A DNA stretch of 64,000 nucleotides from a bacterium (GTDB lineage: Bacteria > Krumholzibacteriota > Krumholzibacteriia > G020349025): contig JANLSU010000047.1 of assembly GCA_031362565.1 (NCBI GenBank), positions 13,692 to 77,691 of the forward strand, in the 5' to 3' direction. Under the pieces are notes generated by a model. It made no database searches, was not told the DNA's origin, and saw only the letters and a program-made list of their open reading frames with translations. Position numbers and translations under genes: made by a program. This document shows, piece by piece, positions 48,738 through 59,282 of this stretch (position 1 is its first letter; each line of letters starts with the position of its first letter).

Positions 48738-50087
48738 TCAATGCGACAGGTATCGCAACCACAGATAGACGTGGCAGATGGCGATGTGCATGAGCATGAG
48801 CGGGAACGCGTACTTGACGTAGGTCATGAAGCGGAAGGGGACGCCGTTCCGGTCGCCGATCCCCGCCACCGTCAGGTTCGCCGAGGCACCGATGAGCGTG
48901 CCGTTGCCGCCCAAGCAGGCACCCAGCGACAGCGCCCACCAGAGTGGCAACACGACCTCGGCGCCGCCGAGCGTCGGCGTCATGGCCTTGATGAGCGGGA
49001 TCATCGTCGCCACAAACGGGATGTTGTCGACGATCGCCGACAGCACCGCCGAACTCCAAAGCACGGCGTAGACGGTCGTATTGCGGTCGCCGCCCGTCAA
49101 TTGCACCAAATGCCCGGCCGCCAATCGCAAGACTCCGGCAACATCGACGCCATGCACGATCACGAACAGCCCCACGAAAAAGAAGATCGTAATCCACTCG
49201 ACCTCGTTGAAGGTGTGCATGACGCGGCGCGACTGTTCCTCGGCGCGGTGCCGGTAGTTGTCGAGCAGCATGAGGATGCTGGCACCAATCAACGCGATCG
49301 TCCCGGGTTCCAAGTGGATCCGGCGCGCGAAGATGAACAGCACCATGACGATTGCAAGCACGCTCACCGACTGAATCATGAGCGTGCGGTCCATGATCGC
49401 CTCGCGGACCGAGAGATCCATGACGCGGGCTCGCGCGACCGGGGTCGCGTGCATCTTGCGGCCCCAGAGCACATGCGTCGCCAGCGCCTGAAAGGCCAGG
49501 ATCACCAGGATGATGGGCGCCAGGTTGACGACGAACTGATTGAAGCTCAGTCCAACGAGCGACCCGATCAGAATGTTGGGCGGGTCGCCGATGAGGGTCG
49601 CCGTGCCGCCGATGTTGGAGGCGAAGATCGTCGAAAAGAGAAACGGATAGGGCGGCACCTCCAACTCGCGGGTGATCGCCAGCGTGACCGGCGCCATGAG
49701 CAGCACGGTCGTGACGTTATCGAGCAGTGCCGAGAGCACCGCCGTCGTGACCGAGAGGATGACGAGCAGCGCCCATGGTGAAGCCTTCGCTCGCTGCGCC
49801 GCCCAGATCGCCACCGCCTGAAACAGCCCCGAGCGCCGCGAGATCCCCACCAGCACCATCATGCCCGTCAAGAGCGCGATGGTGTTGAAGTCGATGCCGC
49901 GGATCGCCTCTTCCTGGTTGAGGATGCCGAGCGCGATCATCGTGAGCGCGCCCAGGAGCGCCACGATGGCGCGGTTCAAGCGCTCGGCGATGATGAGCGC
50001 GTAGGCTGCGAGCAGAACAAGCGACGAAACCCAGAGCGGATTCCATCCGAACGGCGCGTGCGGCATCCAGGTGGCGGCAGCTTCCAT
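48738..50087 (-). CDS. ArsB/NhaD (ion transporter superfamily) permease
   Basis: SALLDNVTTVL, SNIGGTATLIGDPPN, SAIVDNIPF and LGGNGTLIGASAN motifs. Confidence 0.92.
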   Translation of the reverse strand: MEAAATWMPHAPFGWNPLWVSSLVLLAAYALIIAERLNRAIVALLGALTMIALGILNQEEAIRGIDFNTIALLTGMMVLVGISRRSGLFQAVAIWAAQRAKASPWALLVILSVTTAVLSALLDNVTTVLLMAPVTLAITRELEVPPYPFLFSTIFASNIGGTATLIGDPPNILIGSLVGLSFNQFVVNLAPIILVILAFQALATHVLWGRKMHATPVARARVMDLSVREAIMDRTLMIQSVSVLAIVMVLFIFARRIHLEPGTIALIGASILMLLDNYRHRAEEQSRRVMHTFNEVEWITIFFFVGLFVIVHGVDVAGVLRLAAGHLVQLTGGDRNTTVYAVLWSSAVLSAIVDNIPFVATMIPLIKAMTPTLGGAEVVLPLWWALSLGACLGGNGTLIGASANLTVAGIGDRNGVPFRFMTYVKYAFPLMLMHIAICHVYLWLRYLSH

Positions 50088-50217
50088 GGGCGGCGATGCT
50101 AGCAGAGGATCGTCATACGAGACAGGCGTTTATCGGCGCTTTCCCGACGCGGTCCGGAGGTCCATACTCTCTTGCAGTCTCGCCCCTGAGGTGCGAAGGC
50201 ACCACGAAGGAGGAGCC

Positions 50218-50661
50218 ATGAGGCTCGCACGCATCCTCCCGGCAATCGCGCTCGTGGCGATTTGCGCCTGCCGGCCGGAAACGCCGGCGCAAGTGACCCC
50301 ATCACTCGACCTCGCGATCGCCACCGACCAGCCGTTCTACGTCCAAGGACAGAACGTCGGCGTCACGCTCACGAATCAATCGGGGAGTGCCGTTCACGTC
50401 TGGTCGGTTTGTCCGCCGGCGCTCGAGAAGCAAGAATATGGCAGCTGGGTACGGGTTCAATTCCTGATGGTGTGCGCGCAGGTCCCACCGAGCACTCTGG
50501 AGGTCGCATCCGGCGAAAGCACGAGCCGGACGATTCCCAATGACGCACGCTACGGAATTCTCCAAGCCGGGTTGTACCGAATTCCGTTCGAAGTTGCGCT
50601 GGCACCACAAAGAGCCGGCGAGGTTTTCTACTCGAATGAATTTGCGGTCGTTGTGCCCTGA
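50218..50661 (+). CDS. Hypothetical Ig-like lipoprotein
   Basis: AGGAG RBS, signal ending ICAC, beta-rich sequence, YSNEF C-terminus. Confidence 0.7.
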   Translation: MRLARILPAIALVAICACRPETPAQVTPSLDLAIATDQPFYVQGQNVGVTLTNQSGSAVHVWSVCPPALEKQEYGSWVRVQFLMVCAQVPPSTLEVASGESTSRTIPNDARYGILQAGLYRIPFEVALAPQRAGEVFYSNEFAVVVP

Positions 50662-50694
50662 GGAAGGGGACGGCGGCCGTTCCGACGCTAAACG

Positions 50695-50721
50695 AAAAGG
50701 GCGCGCCTTGCGGCGCGCCCT
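50695..50721 (-). terminator. Rho-independent terminator, possibly bidirectional
   Basis: AGGGCGCGCC-TTGC-GGCGCGCCCT hairpin with a T-run on the minus strand. Confidence 0.75.
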
Positions 50722-50762
50722 GTCTTACGAGCGGGCGGGCTCTATCGGTGCGCGCGCTCCGG

Positions 50763-51137
50763 TTACGAAACCGCCAACTCGGCTTCCGCAAGGATCTCCT
50801 GTACCCGGTCGCGGACTTCCGACGCATCGCTCTCACTCTTGAGGAGAAATGCATCCGCGAGCCAGGACGAGAAGTCATCACGGTAGCCCGGATAGCGGCT
50901 CACCAGAATCGTCCGCAGGGATGTGTTCGCTTCGACCATGTGTCGCAGAAGGTCGAGGCCGGACTCGGGGCCCGGGCGGACATCGAGCACTGCCAGGTCG
51001 GGTTCCCAGGTCGTCGCCAGCTTCAGCGCCTCGGCGTGGTCCGCTGTTGCTGTGACCAGGAACCCCTCGGATTCCAACTCGGAACGGTAGGCCTCGCGGC
51101 ACAACGGTTCCGAGTCAACTACAAGGATTCGACGCAT
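50763..51137 (-). CDS. Single-domain response regulator (receiver)
   Basis: RILVVDSE, PDLAVLD, SGLDLL and FLLKS motifs. Confidence 0.9.
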   Translation of the reverse strand: MRRILVVDSEPLCREAYRSELESEGFLVTATADHAEALKLATTWEPDLAVLDVRPGPESGLDLLRHMVEANTSLRTILVSRYPGYRDDFSSWLADAFLLKSESDASEVRDRVQEILAEAELAVS

Positions 51138-51346
51138 GGAAACTCGCCTCCTCATCGCGGGCCCGGCGAAATGGGGGGAACCGGAGCCGAGCCCGCCTGG
51201 GCGTCTCATTCACGCGGCTACTAGTGATAACGACATGAACGGGCGGAAAGTTTCGAATACCGTCGCAAAGATGCAGAAGAGAGACAAGGAGGCGGACGGG
51301 AGGCCCCACTCGGCGCCCGTCCGCAGTCCTCTGATGCAGGGCGCGC

Positions 51347-54007
51347 TCAGCGGCGGCTGGCCAGCTCGCTGAGGTAGGCCGCGACCGCCGGGCCCTCGCG
51401 CTCGCGCAGGTTGGCGCAGTCCTGAATGGATTCGGTCGTTCGCGCCAGGCTGGTTGTCGTGCCCGGCGCCTGGTGCTCGGGCGCCGAGAAGAACGCCTGT
51501 AAGCTCGCGATGCGCTGCGTGTCGCAACCGCCACCGCCGAACCGCGGCAGGAACCCCGCGAACTCCGGTGGCACGCGCTTGGCGATCGCCGCGTAGTTGT
51601 CCTGCACCCAGCGGAACAGGCGCTCGCGGCCCTGGTCGGTCTCGCCGATGCCGCCCGTCGACCGCAGGATCTCCTGCGGGCGGAGCGGCCCCTCGAGCGC
51701 GTACTTCAGGGTGCGTTCGACAAGCGCTGGATCGCGGAAGCCACTGAGCGCGCCCAGATACCGGCTGCGGACCGCAGGAACTTTGGCGCCTTCGAAACGG
51801 GTCCGGTAGTCGTCCCAAAGCGCCGCATCGCCATCCTGGGCCGCGAGTTCGAGCGCCACACTGGCGAGCGCCGGGTCGACCGACGCGGGGTCCGTCACAT
51901 ATTGATGCGCCACTTCCACCGCATGGGCCCGGACGCGCGTGTCATGGCCGCGGTCGCCGAGCCAACGAATGAGGCTCGGCCGCACGAACGACACCGTCTC
52001 GTCCTCGCCCGGCTTGCGGTCGAATCCGAACCGGTCGAGCGCCGGTCCGAGGGTCCGCTGCACATAGAGCGCAAACGCATCGCGCATGTCGTCGGGGACG
52101 AATGCGATGCGCACTTTTTCCAACCCATCGGCCACTTTGTTGATGACGACTGGGTCCGTGTCGTCCCGCAACGCCGTGAGGGCTCGCAAGTAGTCGTCGC
52201 CGTGCAGCACCCCCGCATCGAGCAGTGCCGCCGACTCGCTGATGAAACTGATGCGTTCACGCGGCGTCAGTTCGAGCAAATGCCCGACGAGCGTCTTGCG
52301 CTCATCGGCCGACACGTTCCAGCGGTAGTAGCCGCGCGCATCGCCGTTCGGTACGAGCCAGGCGATTGGGCCCGACGGCTGCAACGTGACGGTCTGCTCG
52401 GCGCCGGACAGGAGAACGACCTGGTTGTGCGTCGTGGCGCCGTCCGACCAGCGCAACGAGACCGGGATCTTCCAGGTGAGTGGCGGCAGTTCGACGCCGG
52501 CATTCGCAAATCGCTGCTGGGTGAGTTTCACTTGGCCGTCGCCGAGCACGTCGGCCGTCACGAGCGGCACACCGGGCTGTTCGAGGAATGTCGCCATCGC
52601 GCCCGCGACGTCCATGCCCGATTGTTTGGAGAAGGCGGCAAAGAGATCGTCGGCGGTCGCATTGCCCCACTCGTGCGCTTTCAGGTATTGGCGCACCGCT
52701 CGTTGGAACTGCACCGGGCCCATCCACTGCTCGAACATGGCGAGCACGGCCTTGCCCTTGTTGTACTGCGTGCCGACGTTCTGCAGCATGTTGTCGCCCG
52801 GTTCGACCTGCCGCTGGATGGCCTCGGACGTCGCGCGCGAGTCGCCGACCATCACACCCTGCACGCTGCTCAACTCGGTCACGCCCAGCCGGAACTCGGG
52901 GAAGACCTGCTCGGTGATCTTGTCGCCCATCCAGTCGGCAAACGATTCGTTGAGCCACAAATCGTTCCACCAGGCCATCGTCACCAGGTCGCCGAACCAC
53001 ATGTGCGCCAGTTCATGCGCCGTGATGCTCGAGATGGACCGCCGCTGCTGTACGGTCGCCGCTTTCGAATCGACGAGGAGCACATTGGTGGAGAAGGTGA
53101 TGGCGCCCGGGTTCTCCATGGCCCCGGCCCAGTACTCGGGCACCGCCAAGAGGTCGAGCTTCTCGAATGGATACTTCTGCCCAAACCATTTCTCGAGGGC
53201 GCGCAAGAGGGGCGGCGTGATCTCGACCGCCATTTGCGCGAGTCCCAACTGACCCTGCACCGTGACGACGCGCCCCGGCACTCCGAGCCCCGGAATGGCG
53301 ACGGTTTCGAGCGGCCCGGTGGCAATGGCAAGCAGGTACGAGGGGAGTGGCGGCGTCTTCTTGAAGACGACGGTGCGCATGGCGTCATGCGTCGTCTCCT
53401 TGGCGATGGGCGTATTGGAAATCGCCAAATGCGCCACCGGCACGTCCATCGTCATCTGATATGGAATCTTGAAGCCGGGCTCGTCGAAGCACGGGAAGGC
53501 TTCGCGCGCGTCATCGGCCTCGAACTGGGTGAAGAGATAACCGTGGCCTTCGGTCTGCATGCGATAGAGGCCAGTGGCATTGGTGTTGTAGTCGTTGGTG
53601 AAGTCGATGGCGAGGACGTAGTGGCCGGCGCGAATGGGGGCCGGTCCGGTGAGCGTGACCAGGCCGTTGGGGCCGGCGGTGCTGGAGAGCGTGATCGTGC
53701 CCTTGGTCTTGCTCTTGCTCTTGCTGCCGCCCGCAGGTTCGAGTTCGATGCGCGTCAGCGTCATTTCGGAGGCGTGCAGGCGCAAGGTCGGCGTCTCGGC
53801 CTTGACGTCGAGATCGATGCGGACGCTGCCCGTGTAGTCGGGTTTGTCGGCATCGAGCACGAGTTGAATCGATTCGGACGTTGGCAGAACGTTGCGGCCA
53901 AGGCGCAACTCGTCGCCGGCCTGGGCGCGGTTTGCAACGCCAAAGGCTACGGCAAGCAGGGCAACCGCCGAAGCGGCGCGCGAGAAGTGATGCACGGTCC
54001 TCTGCAT
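51347..54007 (-). CDS. Secreted M1 family aminopeptidase
   Basis: TQFE, AFPCFDEP, GAMEN and HELAH...WLNE motifs; signal peptide; GGAGG RBS. Confidence 0.95.
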   Translation of the reverse strand: MQRTVHHFSRAASAVALLAVAFGVANRAQAGDELRLGRNVLPTSESIQLVLDADKPDYTGSVRIDLDVKAETPTLRLHASEMTLTRIELEPAGGSKSKSKTKGTITLSSTAGPNGLVTLTGPAPIRAGHYVLAIDFTNDYNTNATGLYRMQTEGHGYLFTQFEADDAREAFPCFDEPGFKIPYQMTMDVPVAHLAISNTPIAKETTHDAMRTVVFKKTPPLPSYLLAIATGPLETVAIPGLGVPGRVVTVQGQLGLAQMAVEITPPLLRALEKWFGQKYPFEKLDLLAVPEYWAGAMENPGAITFSTNVLLVDSKAATVQQRRSISSITAHELAHMWFGDLVTMAWWNDLWLNESFADWMGDKITEQVFPEFRLGVTELSSVQGVMVGDSRATSEAIQRQVEPGDNMLQNVGTQYNKGKAVLAMFEQWMGPVQFQRAVRQYLKAHEWGNATADDLFAAFSKQSGMDVAGAMATFLEQPGVPLVTADVLGDGQVKLTQQRFANAGVELPPLTWKIPVSLRWSDGATTHNQVVLLSGAEQTVTLQPSGPIAWLVPNGDARGYYRWNVSADERKTLVGHLLELTPRERISFISESAALLDAGVLHGDDYLRALTALRDDTDPVVINKVADGLEKVRIAFVPDDMRDAFALYVQRTLGPALDRFGFDRKPGEDETVSFVRPSLIRWLGDRGHDTRVRAHAVEVAHQYVTDPASVDPALASVALELAAQDGDAALWDDYRTRFEGAKVPAVRSRYLGALSGFRDPALVERTLKYALEGPLRPQEILRSTGGIGETDQGRERLFRWVQDNYAAIAKRVPPEFAGFLPRFGGGGCDTQRIASLQAFFSAPEHQAPGTTTSLARTTESIQDCANLREREGPAVAAYLSELASRR

Positions 54008-54206
54008 GAAGCCTCCAAATTGGCCACCGACCAGCCGCACGGCTCGAACGAACCCAAGGGTGCTTTGGCACGTCGAGTGTACGGACGGCCGGTCGGGCCC
54101 GGCAACCGGTCTTGCGATTCCGCGCCCGGTGCAGGTACCCTGGCCGTGCCCACCTCGTCTGCGCCTCGTCCTCGCCGGAATCGACCGTGAGCAGAGGAGT
54201 CCCAAC

Positions 54207-55178
54207 GTGATTCGCCGATTCTGCCTTGTTGCGCTCCTGGGCGTCGCGACTGTGTGTGCGTTTGTGTCCGTTGCTGTGGCGGGGGAAGCGGCCAAGGCTT
54301 CTGCGGCTGCGGCGGCCGGGGAGAAGGCACTGCCGCAGGTGGGAGACGTCATTGCCGCCGAACGGGCGTTCGCACGCATGTCGATGGAGAAGGGGATTAA
54401 GTCCGCGTTCCTGGCGAATTTGGCGACCGACGCCGTCGTCTTCCGGCCGGGCCCGGTGCCGGCGCAGGCTTGGTATCGCGACCACCCGGCCTCGCCCGCG
54501 ACGCTCGAATGGTCGCCGGATCTGGCGGCAATCGCCGTGACCGGCGACATGGGTTTCACGTCGGGCCCCTGGAAGCTGACGAACGGCGATCAAGCGGCGC
54601 ACGGCCACTTCGTCACCGTGTGGCGGCACGAGCCGGACGGCACGTGGAAAGCGGTTGTGGATGGCGGCGCGTCGCATTCGCCGGTCGATCTCGAAGTCGA
54701 ACCCGTCATCCCGGCGTGGTGCGCTCCGCGCGAACTCGAAGAGGTGCGGGCGCACGGCGAGCACCGCAACAGCATCGGCTCGCGGAACGAGTTGCTGAAC
54801 GCAGATCACGAACTCGGCGAGCACATTGTTAAGCAGGGTTGGGTCGATGTCATGACAGCGTCGGCGGCGGACGACATGCGGCTCTGCCGGCCGGGCCAAG
54901 TGCCCGTCGACGGGAAGGCTGGCGTTTTGAAGGCGCTGGCCGATGCGCCCGGTGCGCTCGCGAGCGCGCCCGTCGCGGGCGGCGTGTCGCGCGGCGACTT
55001 GGGGTACACGTATGGGACGCTCTTGGTGCCATTGGCGGGCGCGACTGCCAGCACGGATTCGGCCGCCGGCTTTGCATACATTCGTATCTGGCGGCGGGAT
55101 GCGGCGGGGAACCGCGTTGTTGCGGTGGATGCGATGAGCTCAATGGGGACGGTGGCGAGGCACCCGGGGGTGCATTGA
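54207..55178 (+). CDS. Exported tandem NTF2/DUF4440-like protein
   Basis: AERAFA, GDMGFTSGPW and TVWR...WK in the first domain; a second domain with GDLGYTYG and RIWRR. Confidence 0.8.
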   Translation: MIRRFCLVALLGVATVCAFVSVAVAGEAAKASAAAAAGEKALPQVGDVIAAERAFARMSMEKGIKSAFLANLATDAVVFRPGPVPAQAWYRDHPASPATLEWSPDLAAIAVTGDMGFTSGPWKLTNGDQAAHGHFVTVWRHEPDGTWKAVVDGGASHSPVDLEVEPVIPAWCAPRELEEVRAHGEHRNSIGSRNELLNADHELGEHIVKQGWVDVMTASAADDMRLCRPGQVPVDGKAGVLKALADAPGALASAPVAGGVSRGDLGYTYGTLLVPLAGATASTDSAAGFAYIRIWRRDAAGNRVVAVDAMSSMGTVARHPGVH

Positions 55179-55289
55179 GGGCTTGGGCGGGGGTCGCAGG
55201 CGTGAAGCGGGTCGCCCAGACGTGCTTGAGGAACTGTGGGCTCCGCGCGCCACGCCAATCAGCGAAGCGAAGCGACCGGGAAGAACCGA

Positions 55290-55637
55290 CTATCGAAGAC
55301 GAGGATCGCCGCACGTCAGGACGTTGTACGTCAGCCAGCAGAGGAAGCAGAGTGCTAGGAGTGCGAGGCAGATACCGATCCCGGACGCTGCGGCCCACGC
55401 CATCCAATGAACCGCGCGATTCACGATTCGACGCGCGAGCAACAACCCAGTTGCCACGCGTTTGGAAAGCGCGATTGCCGGTAGAACGACGCGGCCAATC
55501 TGCGGGTGCGCCTCAACCCACAAACAGCGATCGCACACCGTCTGATGCGATACACCGAGAAGTTTGAAGGCACGATGGCAGACAGCGCACTCTTGCCAGC
55601 ACAACTGGTCGGGCTCGATGATGAAGAGACGATTCAA
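55290..55637 (-). CDS. Hypothetical protein with CxxC/CxxC and C-terminal TM
   Basis: CAVC...CDRC and a hydrophobic tail; start uncertain. Confidence 0.3.
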   Translation of the reverse strand: MNRLFIIEPDQLCWQECAVCHRAFKLLGVSHQTVCDRCLWVEAHPQIGRVVLPAIALSKRVATGLLLARRIVNRAVHWMAWAAASGIGICLALLALCFLCWLTYNVLTCGDPRLR

Positions 55638-56113
55638 GGGCGCACCGTCCGGGCTGCGGTGACCTCTCGTTAGCAGAGAATGCGCCAAAGGCGTGATGAT
55701 TTCACCTCTACTCCCGGCACGCATTCGCTTCTACTTGGTTCGGTGGTAGGTTGGCCATGCGTCATGCTTTTACAGGTGTCTTGTCTGCTCATCTCCACAG
55801 AGGTCTGTTTGCTCGGGCGGCCCATGTTTTCTGGGCTCGAGGCCGAAGGGAGTACTCCGAAGTCGATCGGGCCTTGGGATCTCGTTGCACTCGCACTCAT
55901 GGAACTGGAGTGGTGGAGACACTTTGAGCACGTCGAGTTCCAAGTTAACGATGTCGCCCCCGTTTTTATAAGACAAGTCCTGCGTCGCGCGCTTTCGCGA
56001 GGTCCGACGTTCAGAGAACACCTCATGGTAGTGTCGCCTGAGACAATACGTGCTGGACGTTTCTGCTCAGAGTTTGGAGTGCGCAGTCGCTCCCGAGATT
56101 CGCGGAGGAGTCA

Positions 56114-57133
56114 GTGAGAATCATACTCGATAGTAATATCTTCGTCGCCGATTTTTGGCTGCGAGGCACGTCGTTTCGGGTACTTCTTGACGCACTTCCC
56201 AAAACGGGTCATCGGCTACTCGTTCCGAAGGTGGTCATCGAGGAAGTTGTAGCGAAATACAAACAAAGACTCGAAGAGACGGTTGTTACGCTGGAGAAGG
56301 CCGCTACGCTCTTGCCCGGTCGAACTCTCGCGCTCTCAGCCGACGAGGTCTCGGTCGAAATAGCCAAGTTTCGGGAACATCTTGAGACCAGCATCAAGCG
56401 CATTGGCATGATCGTGGACTACCCTGATGTTGGACTCGAAGCCGTGGCTGCGCGTGCGGTTGCAAAGCGCCGGCCGTTTCAGAAGGACGATCAGGGGTTC
56501 CGCGACGTCGTCATTTGGGAGACGGTTCTTGCTCTCTGTGTCGACGATGAAGAACCGCTAGTGTTCGTCTCGAATGACGCGCACGCCTTCGCGAATCAGG
56601 GGGCGCTCCATCCACAGCTGCAGTCCGATCTCGCCGCGCTACCGGCACCAGCTGCTCCATTGCAGTACTATACGGACCTGACAACATTCCTCGATGATCA
56701 CATCGTCCCGGCCCTAGACCTGCTCGCTGGCACACGCCATGAAGAGTTTCTGGATTGGCTGGGAACGTATGCCAATGAACACTCGTTTGACATGCCGATC
56801 GAATACGGGGAAATCTACTTCGACTCCGATATCGATAACTGGCAATTCTCCATGATGGAGAATGTGGACAATGTCGAGATCGCGGAAATCCGGACGCTGC
56901 CTTCAGGAGAGATCTGGATCCGCCTTGACGCCGACGCATCTTGCGAGTTCGACGTCTATTTTTATCCGCCTGTTGCGTACAGTTTGCCTGACGAATACCA
57001 CGCATCAACCTCAGGCGAGGGGACAACCTCCAAATCCATGCATTTCAGCGCAAAGGTGACCCTCACTTCGGATTGGTCAGCGATTACCTCGATGGAGATT
57101 ACCGAGATGGCGGAGCACGGTGAGGCGGAATAG
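56114..57133 (+). CDS. PIN-like domain protein (DUF4935-like) with acidic C-terminal domain
   Basis: ILDSNIF, VPKVVIEE, KRRPF, FRDVVIWETVL and FVSND motifs; GGAGG RBS. Confidence 0.82.
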   Translation: MRIILDSNIFVADFWLRGTSFRVLLDALPKTGHRLLVPKVVIEEVVAKYKQRLEETVVTLEKAATLLPGRTLALSADEVSVEIAKFREHLETSIKRIGMIVDYPDVGLEAVAARAVAKRRPFQKDDQGFRDVVIWETVLALCVDDEEPLVFVSNDAHAFANQGALHPQLQSDLAALPAPAAPLQYYTDLTTFLDDHIVPALDLLAGTRHEEFLDWLGTYANEHSFDMPIEYGEIYFDSDIDNWQFSMMENVDNVEIAEIRTLPSGEIWIRLDADASCEFDVYFYPPVAYSLPDEYHASTSGEGTTSKSMHFSAKVTLTSDWSAITSMEITEMAEHGEAE

Positions 57134-57407
57134 CCATTGCTCTGACTTCTGAGGCGTCTCGATTCCCGACGGCGTCCGGACCAAGGACGCAGCAACTGCA
57201 AACCGCGTGGTGAGAGCTTCGGCGAAACGACGCGGCGCGCGTCGGCGCCGGTCGCGCGCGTAAGACGCGTTTGCGCTCGAAGCCTTGCTGAATAGAACGT
57301 GTGATTTCTCGATGCAAGCACCATGACCCTGCAGCCTACCGAACCGACGGCGACGTTCGCGAAACGCACTGCGCCGCCAGGGGCGGAAACGCTATAACCC
57401 CATCTTT

Positions 57408-57478
57408 TGCCGGTGGCCGGGGTGGGGGAATTTGAATCTCCTGGCCTTCAGTGCCGGTGGGCACCCCGGGGGAATCTG
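57408..57478. repeat. Imperfect tandem repeat resembling IS21-family terminal repeats
   Basis: TGCCGGTGGCCGGGGTGGGGGAATTTG and TGCCGGTGGGCACCCCGGGGGAATCTG (44-bp period); the core GTGGGGGAATTTG recurs at 61846-61858. Confidence 0.5.
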
Positions 57479-57664
57479 CCGCCCGCGCATACCGGCGGAT
57501 CGTCTTCTTTCAAGGCCGACCAGCCGCCCTGGTCGCGCGCGCTTTGGACGAGGTCATGGCGAAGCACCCGTGGCGCCCGCCTGGTCCAGGATCTTGACTT
57601 TCCGACATGACGGCGCGATTCTTGGATATACTTGTCGGATTAACTGACGGAGAAGGGGTCGGAA

Positions 57665-58819
57665 GTGGACGAACCGACGGAAAGCCTAGGACTTACGCTG
57701 GCGAAGCGGCTGCGCGAGGCGCGGATGCGTCTGGAATTGACGCAAGATGATGTAGCGCATCAGCTTGCCGTGCCGCGGCAGGCCATCTCGGAGGTCGAAA
57801 ACGCGCGACGCGCGGTGTCCGCGGCCGAGCTTTTCGCCTTCTCGCGTCTCTACGCCATCCCGGTGGCGGACCTGCTGGGGGAGGCGGAGCCCGGTCTTGA
57901 GTCGGAGCCAGTGCTCTTGCGGGCTGACTCGTTGACCGTCGAGGGCAAGCACGCCCTGGCGGTGTTTCAGCGTTGGTGCCGCGAGTACCGCGAGCTGGAG
58001 GAAGTGTTGGGGCAGGTGCGTCAGCCCGATTTGCCGAGGCTGCGGACGCCAGTGGTTCGGTTCGAAGAGGCCCGGCAGCTGGCTCGCCAGGAGCGCCAAC
58101 GGCTGGATCTGGGTGCGACGCCGGCCTGGTCGGTCCTCGAAGCGATTGAGGAGCGTGTCGGCGTCAAGGTGCTCAGTCGCCCGACGGATCGAGGGTTGTC
58201 GGGGGCCTGTGTGTTGAGCCGCGGTGGGCCCGGTGTGTTCCTGAACGCCGCGCATTCGGCGCCGCGACGCATCTTTACGCTCGTGCACGAGTACTTCCAT
58301 CTATTGGTCGCCTGCACGGGGGGCCCGACGCAGCCGCAGGCGTACACGTGCATGGGGACGCCGGAAAAGAAAACCCGCGAGGACCAGCTCGCGGATCAGT
58401 TCGCCGCGGAATTGCTCATGCCCACCGACAGCATCGAAGAGCGCCTTGCCAACGTCGCAGGTCACCAGCCGCCGTCGGGTGTGCAGATCATCCGCCTGGC
58501 GCTTCTGTTTGGCGTGTCGACTCAAGCGATGCTGTTCCGGCTGGGCAACTTGGGGAAGCTTGGCAAGCATGCCCCCACGGCGCGCTATGCGGACCCGGAC
58601 CTGCGGCAACAAGATCGGGAGCATCGAGAGCACGAGTGTGAACCCCAGGTGACGCCGCGCCGTTTCGAAGGACTGGCCATCGAGGCGTATCTGCGCGAGC
58701 ACATCTCGCGCAGCCGCTTGGCCGAGCTGTTGGACGTGCAGCTGCCCGAAGTCGAGGCCCTCGTTCAGCCCTTCCGCGCGGGAGATGCGCTCGATGCCGA
58801 GCTCCGTGACGCTCGTTGA
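57665..58819 (+). CDS. XRE-family HTH fused to ImmA/IrrE (DUF955) metallopeptidase
   Basis: LTQDDVA...RQAISEVENARR HTH; RRIFTLVHEYFH, ADQFAAELLMP and ISRSRLAELL motifs. Confidence 0.92.
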   Translation: MDEPTESLGLTLAKRLREARMRLELTQDDVAHQLAVPRQAISEVENARRAVSAAELFAFSRLYAIPVADLLGEAEPGLESEPVLLRADSLTVEGKHALAVFQRWCREYRELEEVLGQVRQPDLPRLRTPVVRFEEARQLARQERQRLDLGATPAWSVLEAIEERVGVKVLSRPTDRGLSGACVLSRGGPGVFLNAAHSAPRRIFTLVHEYFHLLVACTGGPTQPQAYTCMGTPEKKTREDQLADQFAAELLMPTDSIEERLANVAGHQPPSGVQIIRLALLFGVSTQAMLFRLGNLGKLGKHAPTARYADPDLRQQDREHREHECEPQVTPRRFEGLAIEAYLREHISRSRLAELLDVQLPEVEALVQPFRAGDALDAELRDAR

Positions 58820-59255
58820 CGCGAACGTCGTAATCTACGCGCACGAGCAGGGCGTCTTCCCCGCGCTGCTCGACGGCAATCAGCTCGCCGTTTGCCCACA
58901 GGTCGTGCTTGAAGCGATCTACTTCGTGGGGCCCACCGCGCGAATGGCGATCACCCTGACACCATTTCTCAATGCCGGGCAGCTATTGCTCGAAGAAGCC
59001 ACCGTCGCCGAGGTCCACACCTTCACCGTCCAGTGTCCGCGCAGCGGGCTCGGCATGGGCGAAACGGAGTCGTTGGCCATTGTCCTGTCGCGAGCCGCCT
59101 CGTTCTGCACGGCGGACAAGCGTGCAATGCGAGTCATGCACCTGCTTGGGATGCAGGGGCACTGGGTTTCGCTCGAGCAGTTGTACACCAACTCGGCGCT
59201 CGACGGCGCCCAACTTGAGCCGCAGTGGCGCACCGCCGCTTGGACGCTGACGTAG
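58785..59255 (+). CDS. PIN-domain protein (putative toxin)
   Basis: VDANVVI, PQVVLE, LGMGETESLA and TADKRA motifs; overlaps the XRE-IrrE stop. Confidence 0.8.
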   Translation: MRSMPSSVTLVDANVVIYAHEQGVFPALLDGNQLAVCPQVVLEAIYFVGPTARMAITLTPFLNAGQLLLEEATVAEVHTFTVQCPRSGLGMGETESLAIVLSRAASFCTADKRAMRVMHLLGMQGHWVSLEQLYTNSALDGAQLEPQWRTAAWTLT

Positions 59256-59282
59256 GGCGGAAACAGGAAGGGAAGTGCTCTC

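Noticed and set aside
55680..56117. 145-aa ORF upstream of the PIN gene
   Set aside because: No motifs, no clear RBS, and competing ORFs on both strands.
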